DNA of 63,047 nt, counting the filler, from Reclinomonas americana ATCC 50394 (taxonomy: Eukaryota), in NCBI GenBank assembly GCA_048213135.1. It is 7 parts of 6 records of this genome, joined end to end, with 100 filler letters (N's around TTAATTAATTAA, not from the genome) between each part and the next. Parts side by side here need not be neighbours in the genome. Positions count along the whole stretch, not along the records: positions 1 to 20,904 come from PS015772.1; 6 more parts are not named here. One strand, given 5' to 3'. Both the position numbers and the translations under genes were made by a program. Under the pieces are notes generated by a model, which did no database searches, was not told where the DNA came from, and saw only the letters and a program-made list of their open reading frames with translations. Shown in pieces: positions 1-13,194 of the stretch. Numbering within the stretch: position 1 is the stretch's first letter; each line of letters opens with the position of its first letter.

Positions 1-342
1 CGATCCATCACAATCGCATGCTCAGCTTGACTTTAACGCCAAGCATGTTCTGGCGGACTTTATGCTCCGAAGTACTTAATTTAAGTACTAGATGAACTAC
101 ACGCACGTGGTCCGCTTCGCAAGTGTTTGTATCGACGTCGATCGATATCGGACTTCGCGCTGCTTTGACGAATTCGGATGACGGCCTCCCAGGTCTCCGC
201 AAATACGTACTTCCTTCTTGGTTGTACAGGCTTCTCTCGTACACGGTGCACCACTTGCCACCCAAACTCGGAGAAACACCTTCGCAAATCAACCATTTCG
301 TCGCGGGACGAACCTCTTCTTCGTCTTCTTGGCGAGACCACA

Positions 343-1786
343 ATGGGCCAGAATTCCTCGACACCCAGCAGCGACCCCGCACCTCCCGCCGACGCTGCCG
401 ATGCCGCCGCCCGCCATCAACAGCAGCTGCGCGCCTCAGCGCAAAACGCCGCGCAAAGTGCTGCCGCCCGTGTGCTCCTCGGCAGCGCCGGAGACCTGGG
501 CCTGAACATTGCTCTTCCTGTGGACGCCCACCTGCCCGCAGCACAAGTGGTGGACGATGATCCGCGTGTCAGCGTTGCTGCCGCTGTGCGTTCACCTCTC
601 CCTCCATTCTCCCACTCGCCCTCTCTCTCCCACTCACTCCTCCGCGTTGCAGGAATACGACCGCCTGATGACCGCCTACCGTACTCTGGAGGCCGAGCTT
701 TCCGAGTCCTTCAAACACTACCCAGAGATCACGTCCACTGGACAGCGACTGTGTCGTGAGTCGGTGACATACTCGGAGGTGCGTGTGTTCCGTTCTGTTT
801 CTTGGTGGTGTCCGCGACAGCCGTCCGCCTCTCACCGCCATTGCACGCACAGGTGGGCCGCAACTTTGCTCAGTCGCTCACTAGCTTTGCACTCGACATG
901 CCACGCGACTCGGCCGTGCGCGATGTCATGGCGCGATTTGGAGCGTGCGTCGTCACTCAAAGCTCGTTCGCACATTCGCGCCTGCTCACTCTCCCTTGCG
1001 TGTGCGTGCATGCAGTCACTTTGATACCATTTTCGCTCTCCAGCACACAGTGGTGTGTTGCTTTCCTTGCACCTCACACAGCCGTCTCTCTGACTCCCAT
1101 TTTCAACACGATAGCACAATCGCGCTGCCGAGGACTTTGTCGCACCCGCACGAGACTTTGCCTCGAAGGAGCTGGTGGAGATCCGAGAGACGCAAGGCAG
1201 ATTCACCGCCGCGGCGCAGAAAGCGGAGCGTGTTTTGCGCTCGCTGCGGGCGCGGAAGAAGGCCGACCCGAGCCGTGAGTTGAACGACATGGACGACTAT
1301 TTCCACGAGATGCAGGGGTGTCTCCGCCGTGTCGACTATGTCATCAAGGTCGACCATCCGTGCTCCTTACGCAGAGTCGTCACCGCCTCCCACTCACCAC
1401 CGGCTGTCACGTGCAGGTGCGCGATTTTTCAAGTATCAAGCAACTGTGTCACGTGTGCGACGGACTGCGCGAGTTCTTCGCTTCTGGTCTTGCTGCTATG
1501 GACGGTACTCCCGCTCGCTTCTTTGCCCACGAGGGTGTTGTGCGTCGTTACTTATACTCGCACGCAGAAATTCAACCGTATCTCGAGGGCACAAAGATGC
1601 AGCTGTCCCTGGTTCGTGGCTTGCCTCTCTCGCGTTGCATTTATTTTTCCCTCACACATCCTTCTTCAGGCGGCTGCTCGGCCCGGAGTACCCGTCAGTC
1701 GTGGCGAGGTAGAGGGTGGACCGTCGTCGTCATCGTCTGCGGCTTCCGCTGCTGCCGACGCCGGAGCCAGTGGAACGGGATTGTGA
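343..1786 (+). CDS. Probable BAR-domain protein (ACAP/APPL-like), about 8 exons, possible N-myristoylation (MGQNSS)
   Basis: Spliced across GT-AG introns into a continuous helical protein (EYDRLMTAYRTLEAELSESFKHY...VGRNFAQSLTSF...AAEDFVAPARDFASKELVEIRETQGRFTAA...LCHVCDGLREFFASGLAAMDEIQPYL). The BAR call is from pattern resemblance only. Confidence 0.55.
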
Positions 1787-1829
1787 CGTGCCCTCATCGT
1801 AGAGTAAAATACATGTAACTGGTGGTGTG

Positions 1830-3731
1830 TTACTCGGCCGCCGTTTTTCGCACCCACAGCTTGGCGTCCTCGAGAAGGAAGGCGCGGAACACGGTCGTCA
1901 CCAGTGCTCGACTCTGCTGCGGCAACTCGCGCACCGCCGAATACGCGAGCTCCACGTTGGCGACCTCCACCTCCAGCGCAGCCACTGTGGCGACAAAGTA
2001 GATCAGCACCCGTCTGACACACCTCTCCTCTCAACCTTTTCCCCTCCTCACCTACGTCAATCAGCGTGTGCAACTGCAAGTTACCGCGACAATGATGTGC
2101 AACAAAATGCTGACCGTCTTCGCTAATGTCGACCCACGCGGCGTCCTTGATGTGGTGCACAGAAGCTCCCGTCCGTGTATCCCACACCCACATTTGCCGC
2201 ACATGCTCCGTCTGGCCACGCAGCCCCAGTGAGCACAGGATCGGAAACACGAACACATCACCAAAGGGGACCACACGCACAATCACAAATATATCGCCGC
2301 TGACCCACGACACCCACGCCACCTGCAGCACAAACACGTCAGGAGCCAGCAACAGCATTTCACACTCAAGCACAGCGCAACTGGGCTCTCGCACTCCAGA
2401 TCCGGCACACACAGCAGCTTGTCACCAGAGGCAATGTGAAACACCTCGAGCACCTTTCGGCGCGATCGTTCACCGCGCACATCCACATCGCTGACGCACG
2501 CAATTCGGGTATCATCGTGACTAAACGCAACTCCGCACCCACCAGTCGGCACATGCAGCAGCGACAGGGAGCGCGGACGTGCTCGAATGTTTGTCAAGTC
2601 GACCAGACACACGTGTGGGAACCAACCCATGACAGCCAGCAGGCCAGAGCGACAACTGATGGCTGCACATTCGGGCCGAAAGGCGACATCCACTGAACCC
2701 ACGAAGCGATCCACTGACGACACCGGAAACCGATTGCGTGCCAGCCGGTACGCGACGATACCATTCTCCAGCATGAACACCACGAAGCGATTGCATGGCG
2801 AAAAGTACTTGATCGAGTGCCGCAACCGGTACAGCGCTCGATCCGAGAACGCCTCGGCCACTCGCCCAGCACGCAGATCGACCCCAATCAGCTTGGACAG
2901 GTTTTCTTGCTGCGGACCGACCTCCACCATCACGCAGTCGGGGCCGCCGTGCGGCGCCAGACTCATGTTCACAATCGGTGAGTCGCTCAGGTCTTTCACC
3001 GCATCGCCCACACGGCGACACGGCCCCATATCCCACAGCTGCAGACCCCCGTGGATATCGCACACCGCCACGCGAGGCGTCTCTCGTTGCCGTGAGCAGA
3101 AGCACAGGCGCGCAGCTGGTGGATCGCTGATGCTCATCTCTCGTGTGCGACATACAAACGGCCGGCGGCCACCAATCGTCGGGATTGCTGACGAAGACGA
3201 GATGGTGGTGCTTGGTGGTGCCGGTCGTGGTGGAGAAGGCGACGCTGCTTGCAGCGGTGGAGCTGGCGGCGGCGGCGGCGGTGGTGGTGGTGGTGGTGGT
3301 GACGGTGGTGGTGACGGTGGCAGTTCTGCCTCCACTGCAGGCGCAACGCGGAGACGAATGGCACCACGCAGCGGCACTGTGGGGTCCAGTACACGATCCT
3401 GATGACGCCAGCGATCGTCAGTTGGACCGTCCAATCACAATGCATCACAATCACAATCACAAACCTTTTGCGTGATCAGAATGCGTCCTTGCACGGCCAG
3501 CGCCGCCGCTGCCGTGCGCACCGCAGGCATCAGTGCACGCCAGGCCTCTGCTGACACTCGCCGCGCCACCTCCGACGGACAACACGACTTGTGCGGTCCG
3601 CGTTCCTGCACCAGTTGCAGAATTGCCGCTTCCAGAGCCGCCTGATCACCCACTGTGCGCGAGACGCAAAGTGTGTCAAACAGACATGCTCACAGAGAGA
3701 GAGAGAGAGATCGTTCTCCTCTCTCGCAACT
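1830..3731 (-). CDS. DUF3253-like N-terminal domain + poly-Pro linker + WD40-like beta-propeller
   Basis: Spliced N-terminus AALEAAILQLVQERGPHKSCCPSEVARRVSAEAWRALMPAVRTAAAALAVQGRILITQK|DRVLDPTVPLRGAIRLRV matches the DUF3253 pattern. It is followed by a poly-Pro run and propeller-like segments (GGLQLWDM, VAFSHDDTRIA, QMWVWDTRTG). Stop TAA at 1830-1832. Start codon apparently split by intron 3653-3730. Confidence 0.65.
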
Positions 3732-3788
3732 GTCTGTGAGTCGACGCGGCGCGAAAATTCATGTCGTGTCGTGTTTTTGTCGCGAGGG

Positions 3789-4524
3789 ATGATGCACGCC
3801 GTGGATGTGGATCGCGAGGCCAAAGTCGCCGGCTGGTTCGCGCGGAATCGACACACGCTGTTGCTCATGGCGTGGTATGCGTGCCACATGTGGCTGTATC
3901 ATCAGCTGAGCGTGAGCATGTTTGACATGCTGGCGGATTATCGCGAGTGGAACCGCCAGCAGCCGCGCACGCCAAGCCACATTGGTCTGGTGAGTGATCC
4001 ACGCACAAGGCGCACAGCACACATACGCACACACCTGCATGCATGCAATGATTGTGACACGTGGGGTCGCACTTGTCCGGATTTTGATTTTCATGCATTG
4101 ACACGTGTGTGTGTCTGCAGGGCTTCATCTTTCTCATCGCCTTCATCATCAGTGCGGTGGTGTCGCTGATTGTCACTCTGATCTCTGGTCGCTGGATCAG
4201 CCCGGTTCTGTTGAATCTGGTGACGCTGTACAAGTGGCGCGAGCTGAATGCTGCTGTCGCCGCCAGCCAGTGGAGCTCGCAACTTGGCGACCTCGCCTTG
4301 GGTTCGTACAGACCCTCCCCCCTCCCCAGTGACTCCGCTCACATGCCTACCCCCTCTCTCTCCCTCTATCAGAATACGGCATGGTGCAGGTGGCTGCACT
4401 GGTCGTCACGGTGGTCAACGGACTGCGCCTGCTTGCCGGCTGGTTTGGGTGGCTGACCGCCGTCTTCATGAGCGTATCGCTCTTCTTCCTGACCAGTTAC
4501 ATACTGGTGTTGCTCGAGGACTGA
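3789..4524 (+). CDS. Small multi-pass membrane protein of unknown function, 3 exons
   Basis: ATG at 3789; introns begin GTGAGT and GTTCGT; hydrophobic segments (GFIFLIAFIISAVVSLIVTLI; FGWLTAVFMSVSLFFLTSYILVLL); TGA at 4522-4524. Confidence 0.6.
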
Positions 4525-4551
4525 GGTGAATGAAGAGCACGCAACCACCCT

Positions 4552-7500
4552 TCACTGCGGTGCGCCGGCACGGAACTCGCGAATTCTCTCCAGCAGATCG
4601 GGACCTACAAGGCACCATTCCTCGTCACCATCAATTCCAGTGTCTCGCAAGATCGCACATGGAACACGTGACGCAACGAGGTATCAGGTCGGCCTCGGAG
4701 ATCGGCAAGTTGGTGAACGGATTCTTGCCCTTGTCCATGATGCATCGCCGGATCGCGTCGCGGTCAACCACTTGCCCGCTCGGCAGCTCCACGGGGTCGC
4801 TCATGAGGTCGTCGGTCAGCGCATCTGCGTGCGAGAGCAGCAAATTAGCAGTGGCACGCACCCATATACTGTGGCGCGCATACCACGCAGTTCAGGCGGC
4901 GGATCGGCAAAATAGGCAGCCTGCCGTTCGACCACGAGCTCCGCGTCGACCAGGCGACGCAAGAACATGTCGAAGCGGTCGCACTTGTCGTCCGGAATGA
5001 TTCCACGATTGCGCAAGAGCACCGAGGCGTTCTCGAATGTGCGTCTCTTGTAGTACAACGTGTCTCGTACGACAGCCAACGGAAACTGCTCCTCGTCCGA
5101 CATGCACACATACATGCTGGCGGTCTCGCTCAGCAGTCGCCGCGGATCGAACTTGTACTGCTCGCGATTCTCCACCTGGCGCGCAGGCCGACCACGACGA
5201 TCAGTAACACGAACAGTCAACCAGCCACACACTGTACTCCCATCATTTCTCACCTGCAACTGCGAGTTGGCATTGGTCAAGTAGTTCAGCAAGTAGTTCA
5301 GGACGCCCACAACACGCGGCAGCATCGCCTGCGAGACAACACCATAAGCACCACAAGCAGGCAGTGTGAATGCGTGCTCGACGAGACCTCGCTGCAGAAA
5401 CGGCGGGGAATCATCTCCGACATCCAGCGTGTCATCTCGGTGGTGGCCATGGAGCACGAAATGTACGACTTGGCGCTCTTTTGGTTCTCTCGGTACTCGC
5501 GCACCTGCGCCTCTTGTGCGTCCTGCGCACGAGCAAGTGTCAGAACACAGCTGTGTCGTCGCCCTAAAAAATGGAACAGGGAGACTGACCGCCGGGAGCG
5601 ACAAGAAGGCTTCTTCGTGGCGCTGCAGCTCGTGCTCCCGAATCTTCTTCAGCGTGGCAATGGTCTCGTCCAGCAGATACGTGCAGTCGTTCAGCAGCAT
5701 GTGCAAAAAGTGATCAAAAAGCGAAGTGCTGTGGACACAGACCGTCAGCATCAGCAAGAACTATGCGCACGTGGAGGGAGCCAACACACGCACTTGGCCA
5801 AATCGAGAATGCGCGGCGTCCAGTGTCGGTGGGAGCGCATCTTGGCGAACACAAGAGCCACCAGGTGGCGTGCCTGGTACTTGTCGAATCTCACTGCAAA
5901 TACACAGTCAGATCACAATCAATATTCGCTGTCACACAAGAGCACACCACGCAACGTGCTTCCGCATCCACATACAGCTGAATGCTATTGTGTGAACAGC
6001 GGGGTCAGTGAGCTGTACATGCACCGAGGAGTGGAAAACGACGAAAAATGACGCAACATGCCAGGCACGAGCATCGCCGCAATGTCGGGATTGTCGAGCA
6101 TCACGAGCAGCGACGGTTCTCTCTGACCACGCTGAATGAGGTTGTACACCACCTGCGTGCACGCCAAACGTGAGAGCGTGAGTTGGAGGAGGAGGAGAGC
6201 GCATACAATGTCCGTCGCTCGTTGGCGTCTACCTTCAAGAAATCGTGCCGAATGCCTGCATTGGTCACCAGCCGCTTGTGTGCAATGAGCTGGGACATGA
6301 GGGCCAATGACCATGCGCACGACTGCACTTGCAGCACATTGGCGCTCTCGGTAAGTGCCGTGAAGTGAGCCAGCAACTCGCCCACATTCTCGGCCAGCAT
6401 TGTGGGCAGCATGGCATAGGTCGGCGGGACCTCGTCGGGAATGGATCTGTTGGTGTGCACGCAAGTCAGCCAACGCAGGTGCCAGCGCGTTGTGTGCGTG
6501 GCAGACTCATACCGCACGCTAGTCGGGCTCTCCAGCGCGTCGGGACTGCTACCAATGGCGTGTGCCAGCAGGTAGCGTGATGATGCCTCTGTGCGACAGG
6601 AACACAGTTCAGTCAGCGGTGCCAGGTATACACGTACTGCTCGGCAACGCACCGAGGTAATCCATCATAGGCAAGAACACATCGCGATCGTAGATCAGGC
6701 GATCAGTGGCCAGAAGCCACCGCCACTGCGGCATGAGTGGCTCCAGACCCTGCATCCCACACGAAAAAATAAGCAAAAGAACACACATCGCCATCAGTGG
6801 GGGCACGACGGCGGCGCACCTGGCCAGCGTGCTCGATTTCGGCCTGGTGGTACGTGTTGGCGGTGAACTCAAACACCTTGCGGGTGCGTATGAGACCCAG
6901 ATTGATGCAGCGGGCGGTCATGAAAAAGAGCTCCGAGTTGAAACTCTCCGGCACCTCCGGATGCTCTGCGACCGGCGTCATTCACGGCGCGCCATATTTG
7001 AGTTACACTAGAGCGCCACACAGACACACACCTCCTGCTAGATACTGTTGCACATTCTCCTCCGACCACACCAACCGATCGAGTGGGTGCATTGCGCAGT
7101 AGCGCTTCGTCAACGTGTACTCGGGTGCAATGGTCGACAGACGGCTGCCGGTGATCACCGGAGCCACCAAGTTCAACATAATGGCCGACAGGTTCAAGAA
7201 CTGCGACACATGCGTGTGAGACATGCAGACAGGCAAGGCGGCAGCAGTGCTCTCGCGACACGCAACAAAGCCCTCGGTGCCAAACTGGTGATCGACGTCA
7301 CCACCAAACAGCTCAAACTGCGGGTGAGAAGCAATTGTCAGCGTGCGTGCGTGTGCGTTGAAGAGCTGCAACGCAAAAAAACACACCCGAATGGAGTTGC
7401 GCATACGGCTGGCGTCCAGCGCCACGCCGATCCACTGCAGAAGTGCCGCGCGCGAAGGACTGTTGCGATCCTTCAGAAAATTGCGGAAAATCTGAGTGAG

Positions 7501-9150
7501 CACACTCTGCGCACAGCGACACTCCACACAGTGAGTGAGGTGGGTAGCCGGACGACGGCCAGCACGTCACTGCACCTGGTGTGACTGGATTTTGCTGGAT
7601 AGAACAGAGATCTTGGAGTCGACGTCCTTTTGCGAGAGCATTTTGGTGGGGAAGAAGCGGCGCAGCAACTCGGTCTGCATTGCACACGTGAGCACCCACG
7701 TTGAACGCACACACACATGGAAATGAGAGGCACACAACCTGCTGGAGCGGGTGAAAGCCCACAAGAATGCCGAGCAGCGACGACACTTCCAGCTGTCGAC
7801 CGTAGAACGACTCGTGCAGTGGCATTGGCATCCATTGCGGCTGGCTGATCAGCTGTGCACTCGCTCGACAGAGTGAGAACGAGGTGATTGCGGGAAGCGC
7901 GGAGGGATCAGCTGCCGGCGTACCACTTTCTGCACCGCACGGATGCACGTGAGCTTCTCGCACGCAATGACCAGTGGGAGGAAGTTGTCCAGCATGGTCA
8001 TCTTGACAAGCTCACGATTCACGTGATTGAACTGGGCGATGCACATCTGATAATGGCGCATCGTGTTGTCAGTGCTCTCTCGTCTCTCCACACACACGCA
8101 TCACACCACGTTACCTTCAGCAGCTCAATCTCGTCACTCTCATGCACCCCCTCCCAGATGGCCATCATGAACTCGGCAGACACCGAATGCTGACCCTCGC
8201 CACACAGACCACGCAGCAGTTCGCGACCGGCCCGTCCCCAACTGGAGTGCCAAGGAAGGTTGGCTTCCAACAACGACTAAAGAGAGAGGTGGCGGCATCG
8301 GCACTCACTTTGACACGTCTCGCTCGCCGGCATACATGATCTCCAGTTCGGCACTCCTGCACAGAGGATGAGCAACTCGTAGCGACGACACAAAAAAGGA
8401 CAGCGACGACGGAACACTGCTGCCGAATGCTCGCAGTCAAACAGATCGTAGTTGAGCAGCAGCAGCTTGCTGATGCGGCAGATCACAGGCAACACCGCCG
8501 ACTGTAGCACATCGACCACCGGCGCCTGCGATTCCTGCGCTCGCTCCATGAATGTCACCAACTACGAACAACAGAGAGCGAGAGATGCATGCGCGGACCT
8601 CCAGTCGCTCCGCGTGCTCCCTCGCTCGCTCAAAGCAGCCGGCCAAGTACTCGAGTCGCGACTGCATTCGTGGCTTGTTTCGCGGGCTTGATCCAGCAGC
8701 AGCCGACGACGATGTCGGTGATGATGACGATGCCGAAGAGGAGGGCGACGATGGAGACGAGACTTCGCCTTCTGCTTGGCCTCTGTGCGGCAGAAAGCGC
8801 GGGTCGCACGAGAGGATCTCCACTAGCGCAGGTTCCACGTGCTGTGCACACAGGAGCAGTGCTGTGCAGAGGGTGGCATTGAGTTGAAGAGACAAGAGAC
8901 AAGAGCGCGTGTGTGTGTGTGGAGACGCAACGACGATTGGCTTGTGCGAGCTCCAGATGGATGCATTGCAGGTGGTAGTAGGTACGCGGATCGCGCTGTT
9001 GTTCCACCGCATTAGTGTGTGTGTATGTGAGTGAGAGAGTGTGTGACACGTGTAACTCGACGCAACAGAGGGATCCACTGTGGCCTGCAGCACGACATTC
9101 AGTGCACGCGATATGCTGCGCGCCAACTCTTCCTCTTCCGAGTCACTCAT
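4552..9150 (-). CDS. UFD2: Ufd2/UBE4-family U-box ubiquitin conjugation factor E4, more than 20 exons
   Basis: Spliced motifs TEGFFLNLSAIML, FNSELFFMT, FLHMLLNDCTYLLDE, QVENREQYKFDPRRLL and a C-terminal U-box PPPELRDALTDDLMSDPVELPSGQVVDRDAIRR...NPFTNLP. Confidence 0.93.
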
Positions 9151-9388
9151 TGCTCACTCGCTACGAAACACACAAGATCACACAAAACACGCTGCGTCGC
9201 CAACTTTTGCCGGGTTTTGCTTTGTCGTCGCACGGGACATGATCACAAAAAAAGCAACATCACTTCACTCGCCGTGACCGCCAAAGCTGCCAGTTCTTCG
9301 CTGCAGCGTCGCTGATCACTACGTCGTACACACACAAAGCAGAAAAAAAAGTACTTACAACAGGAAAAATCCATTAACAAAAAATGAA

Positions 9389-12300
9389 TCAAAATTTGGC
9401 ATCGTGCCCGTGCACGAAGCCTCCCGACAAGTGACGGTACTCCACAATCTGCTGCCGAGCTCGCAACTGCGAGTCGTTCAGCAGAGCCAACTGTCGTAAT
9501 GTGATGGCGGAGGCGCGCTCGTTGCCGGCGACGTCGATGCTGCGCAGCGTGCTTCCCGGCCGCGACAACGACGACACAATGGCGAGAATCGCTGCATCGT
9601 CCAGATGATTGTCTGTCGGTGGCGACGAGTGGTGAGTGCAGTGACTAACGAGTGCGGCGCTGTGACGGAGTCGTGCGTACCCGAAATCATGAAGCGTCGT
9701 AGACTGTTGTTTTGCCAGAGGGCGGTCGCCAGCATGAGGCCACCAAACGTCGCAATGCGTTGCCCTGTGACGCAGTGAGAAGGTCAGCCTCTCTTCCCCC
9801 CAGCGCGCCCGTTGGTGAACGGACTCACATGACACGTCGAGCACTCGGAGTGTCGTCGTCTGCTCGACGAAGCGAGCCACAATGACGGCGCCCTTGTCGG
9901 TCAACAGATTGCCTGACACAGAAGCAACGCACGGTTAGTGGCGTTGAGGAGGCTGCGCGAATATGGAACACCGCAGACGTAACGACTAATGTCGAGGTAG
10001 GTGAGTGTTGGACATTGTGCGGCGCCAGTCAGCAGCGCCTCGATGCCGGCATCACCAATTTGGTTGCCTGCATTGCACAAAGTGAGTCTGCGACCGCAGT
10101 TCTCGTGTTCCACATTTGCACTCCACCACACCTGCCAAGCAGAGCCGCTGTAACCTGCCGTTTTGCGGCAGGTGCACGAGAATGTGGTTGGCCAGCTCTG
10201 GACCAATGTTGTTCTCTGCACATTCTCAACATCAGTCAGCGGCTTGTAGTTTCACAACGCAGTCGCTGCATCGTAGCCCCGTACCGCTAATGTTGAGTTC
10301 GGTCAACGACGTGTTTTGCGTCAAGCGCTCCCACAAAAAGCGGGAGCCACGGGCGCCCAGCTTGTTGCCGCGCAGATTCAGCGACGTCAGCGTCTGGTTG
10401 ACGGCCAACGCACTGGCCAGTGCCGCGCCACCAAACTTCATGAAGCCAAACTCGCTGCTGCCGGGGCTGACGGAGCTGAAGCCTTTGCCGCCACGCCCTG
10501 CTCCCAGACACACGCCGAATGAGCACATGCCTTCTCTCTCTCTCTATCAAGAAACAGAGTGGCGTACCTGTTGCAGAGTCATCGCGTCCACCGGTAATGT
10601 TGTTCCACTCGAGATTCAGGCGGACGAGTGCCTTATTATTCTGCAGAGCCTCCGCAACCATGGCCGCACCCTCGTCTTTCAGATCGTTAACTGTATGCGG
10701 GAAGACCAGTGAGACAGGTGAAATAGCTGTGCTTTCGCCCAGCCCCATCGCCACGCAACAGCCGAGTGACAGGCATTCGAGCGTCGGGTGACCATCCACA
10801 AACTGGGCGAGAGCCACCGAGCCAGCTGGACCGCAGTGTGCGCCACTCAAGTCCAACGAGCGCAGTGGTGTGATGCGCTCCGCCTGCACCACCTCTCCCG
10901 CTGCGATTTGCTCAGCCTCGACGGCCTCGGACCGCTGCTGTCTCCTCAAATGCCGCATCAGTTCACGCACAAGTCGCTCCGTGGATCCACGCGGCACCAG
11001 AACTGTGCACGTCCAAAAAAAGGTGAGACAACAAACAGGCGGAGAAGGACAGGCCCCTCCCAGCTGCGCGGTCGCACCTCGAAGGTGGCTCACTCCCGTG
11101 AATGCCTCGGTCAGTGCCTCGAATTGGTCAATCTCGTGCAACTCGGCGCACGTGGCCTGTGCGTACACCATTTCGCACCAGGCTCGCGATGTCATGCGTG
11201 TGGGTGCCAGGTCGCCCACATTCAAAAATGAGAATATTCGTTTCCACAAGGCCTGCGTTGCCGCTATCGTGGGTATTCCCTCTCGTTGTTTTCCCCTCTT
11301 CAATACACGTGCACTCACCGGTTCCGGCAGCAAGTGATCGAGACCGCGGAGTGGCGACACCGGCCCCCGCGCTGTCGCCAGCGCTCCACCGGCGCCGACA
11401 CGTTTCCGGCTGAGTGGCGACGGCTCCGAGAAGGTGTACTTGAGTGGTGGTAGTTGGGTGACAGCCGCCGTCGCCGTGTCGATGCTGAGTGGGGCGGCGT
11501 ACCGTGCCTTCGGCTTTGGCACAGCAAACGACGGATTGTTACCGCCAGCGGCTGCCGATTTCGGGTGCGGTGGCACGCCAAAGGTGCGTGGCGAGGTCGA
11601 TGACGAGCTGCCAGAGGAGGACGACGAGCCGGAGCTGCGACCACCCGAAAACGGACTAATGCGATTGTTGTTGCGCGTTGTGCGTACCAACGGTGGTGTC
11701 AGCCGCCGTGCCGGATCGACCAAAGTCGCCGCTGGTGGCATGAGTTGCCTGGCGGTCTCGGTGCTGATGAGTGGCGTGGCAGAGGGTTCGGAGCTGCGGC
11801 GTTGCGACGACGATCGTTGTAGCCGTGGAGGCACAAACGAGGACGGAGCAGGTGGGGCCGACGGCAACGCCAACGGCAACACCGGCTGCTCCTCGTTGGC
11901 CAGCGACGGCAGCAGTGGTGGCAGCTGATCCTCCTCCATCGCCTCCGGCTCGTCGACTGGTGAGAACGATGCTGGTGGCAGGGATGCCGCCTGCGCCGTG
12001 TTGCTGCGCACTGCAACGCTGTCATCGTGCGGCGAAAACGGCGCCTCGACAGACCGTCTGAACAGCGACGGCGAACCAGAGGAGAGCGGTGGTGACGGTG
12101 ACGGCTGTGGCGAGAATGCCACAATCGGCAGCAATGCAATGTCAGCCGCATCCACGACCACCACGTCGTCGTCGTCGTCGTCTTCTTCGCCCTGTTGCAT
12201 CTCCTCGGGTGGTGACACGGACGACTTGACGGATGCAGATGATGCCGACGACGCCGTTGATGCTGATGACGATGACGAGGAGGAGGAGGAGGAGAAGGAA

Positions 12301-13103
12301 GAGCGAGCGGCGCCTCCACGATGTTTCTTGGTCGATTCCCTAAACGCCTCCAACATGCTTCCCTGATCGTCGTCGTCGTCGTCGTCATCGTCGTCGACAA
12401 CATCGTCATCGTCGCCCCCGACTCCATTCTTCCCCACGCCCGGAGCGGCACTGAGCTGCACATTGTCGCGCGCAAAGAACTTGCCATTGTCGATCGAGTT
12501 GTTGCGTGCGCCAGACCACACCGGTGGACCACTCAGCGACGCTCGCCGCCCTCGATCGAGCGCCATGCGCAACAGCGAGTGCGGGTGATGATGATGCGGT
12601 CCAGGCACCGACTGCGTCACGTCCATCTTGTTGCAGGCGCCCGGCCGGGCCTCTTGACCCTGTTCGACACAAGCACAGATCAACAAACCGAACACATCTC
12701 CTCTCTCTCTGTGTCGCGTGTGCCCACTGACCGCCTGATCGCCATCGTCGCTGAGCAGCTCCTCCATGTCGGGATCGTCGGGAGAGAACGCCTGCTTGAC
12801 CAGTGTGCGCAGGGCGGCGCCTTGTGGAAAGGGCGTCAGTTGTCGCACAGGTTCGTCCGCTGCTGCTGCTGCTCCAGCTGCTGCCGACCGCCCTGTGTGT
12901 GCGACCCCCGAAGTGCCTGGCTCATCGCTGTGGCCACTCGCCGCAGGCGTCGACGAAGAAGAGGAGGACGACGACGAAGAAGACGAGTGCGCGTGTGCGG
13001 GTGGTGTGGGCACACACACGGCCACCGTCGGCACCATGCTCAGCGCACCAAACGAGCTCCCGTGCAACGACCGTGCACGCGACATGGGGGGCGGACGCGA
13101 CAT
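9389..13103 (-). CDS. Long disordered S/P/D-rich N-terminus + F-box-like motif + RNI-type leucine-rich repeats
   Basis: LWKRIFSFLNVGDLAPTRMTSRAW (F-box-like); repeats LRSLDLSG, LECLSLGFNDLKDEGAAMVAEAL, LTSLNLRGNKLGARG, LTYLDISRNLLTDKG after splicing. Confidence 0.75.
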
Positions 13104-13194
13104 CTGTGTGCGTGTGCGCCAAAACACCACTGAAAATCTTGCCTTTCTGCAGCCCAACGGTTTGCGTGCCCAAATTGCTGCCATTTCATTTGCC

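Noticed and set aside
1..340. Short ORFs upstream of the BAR-like gene
   Set aside because: No recognisable motif or consistent exon structure.
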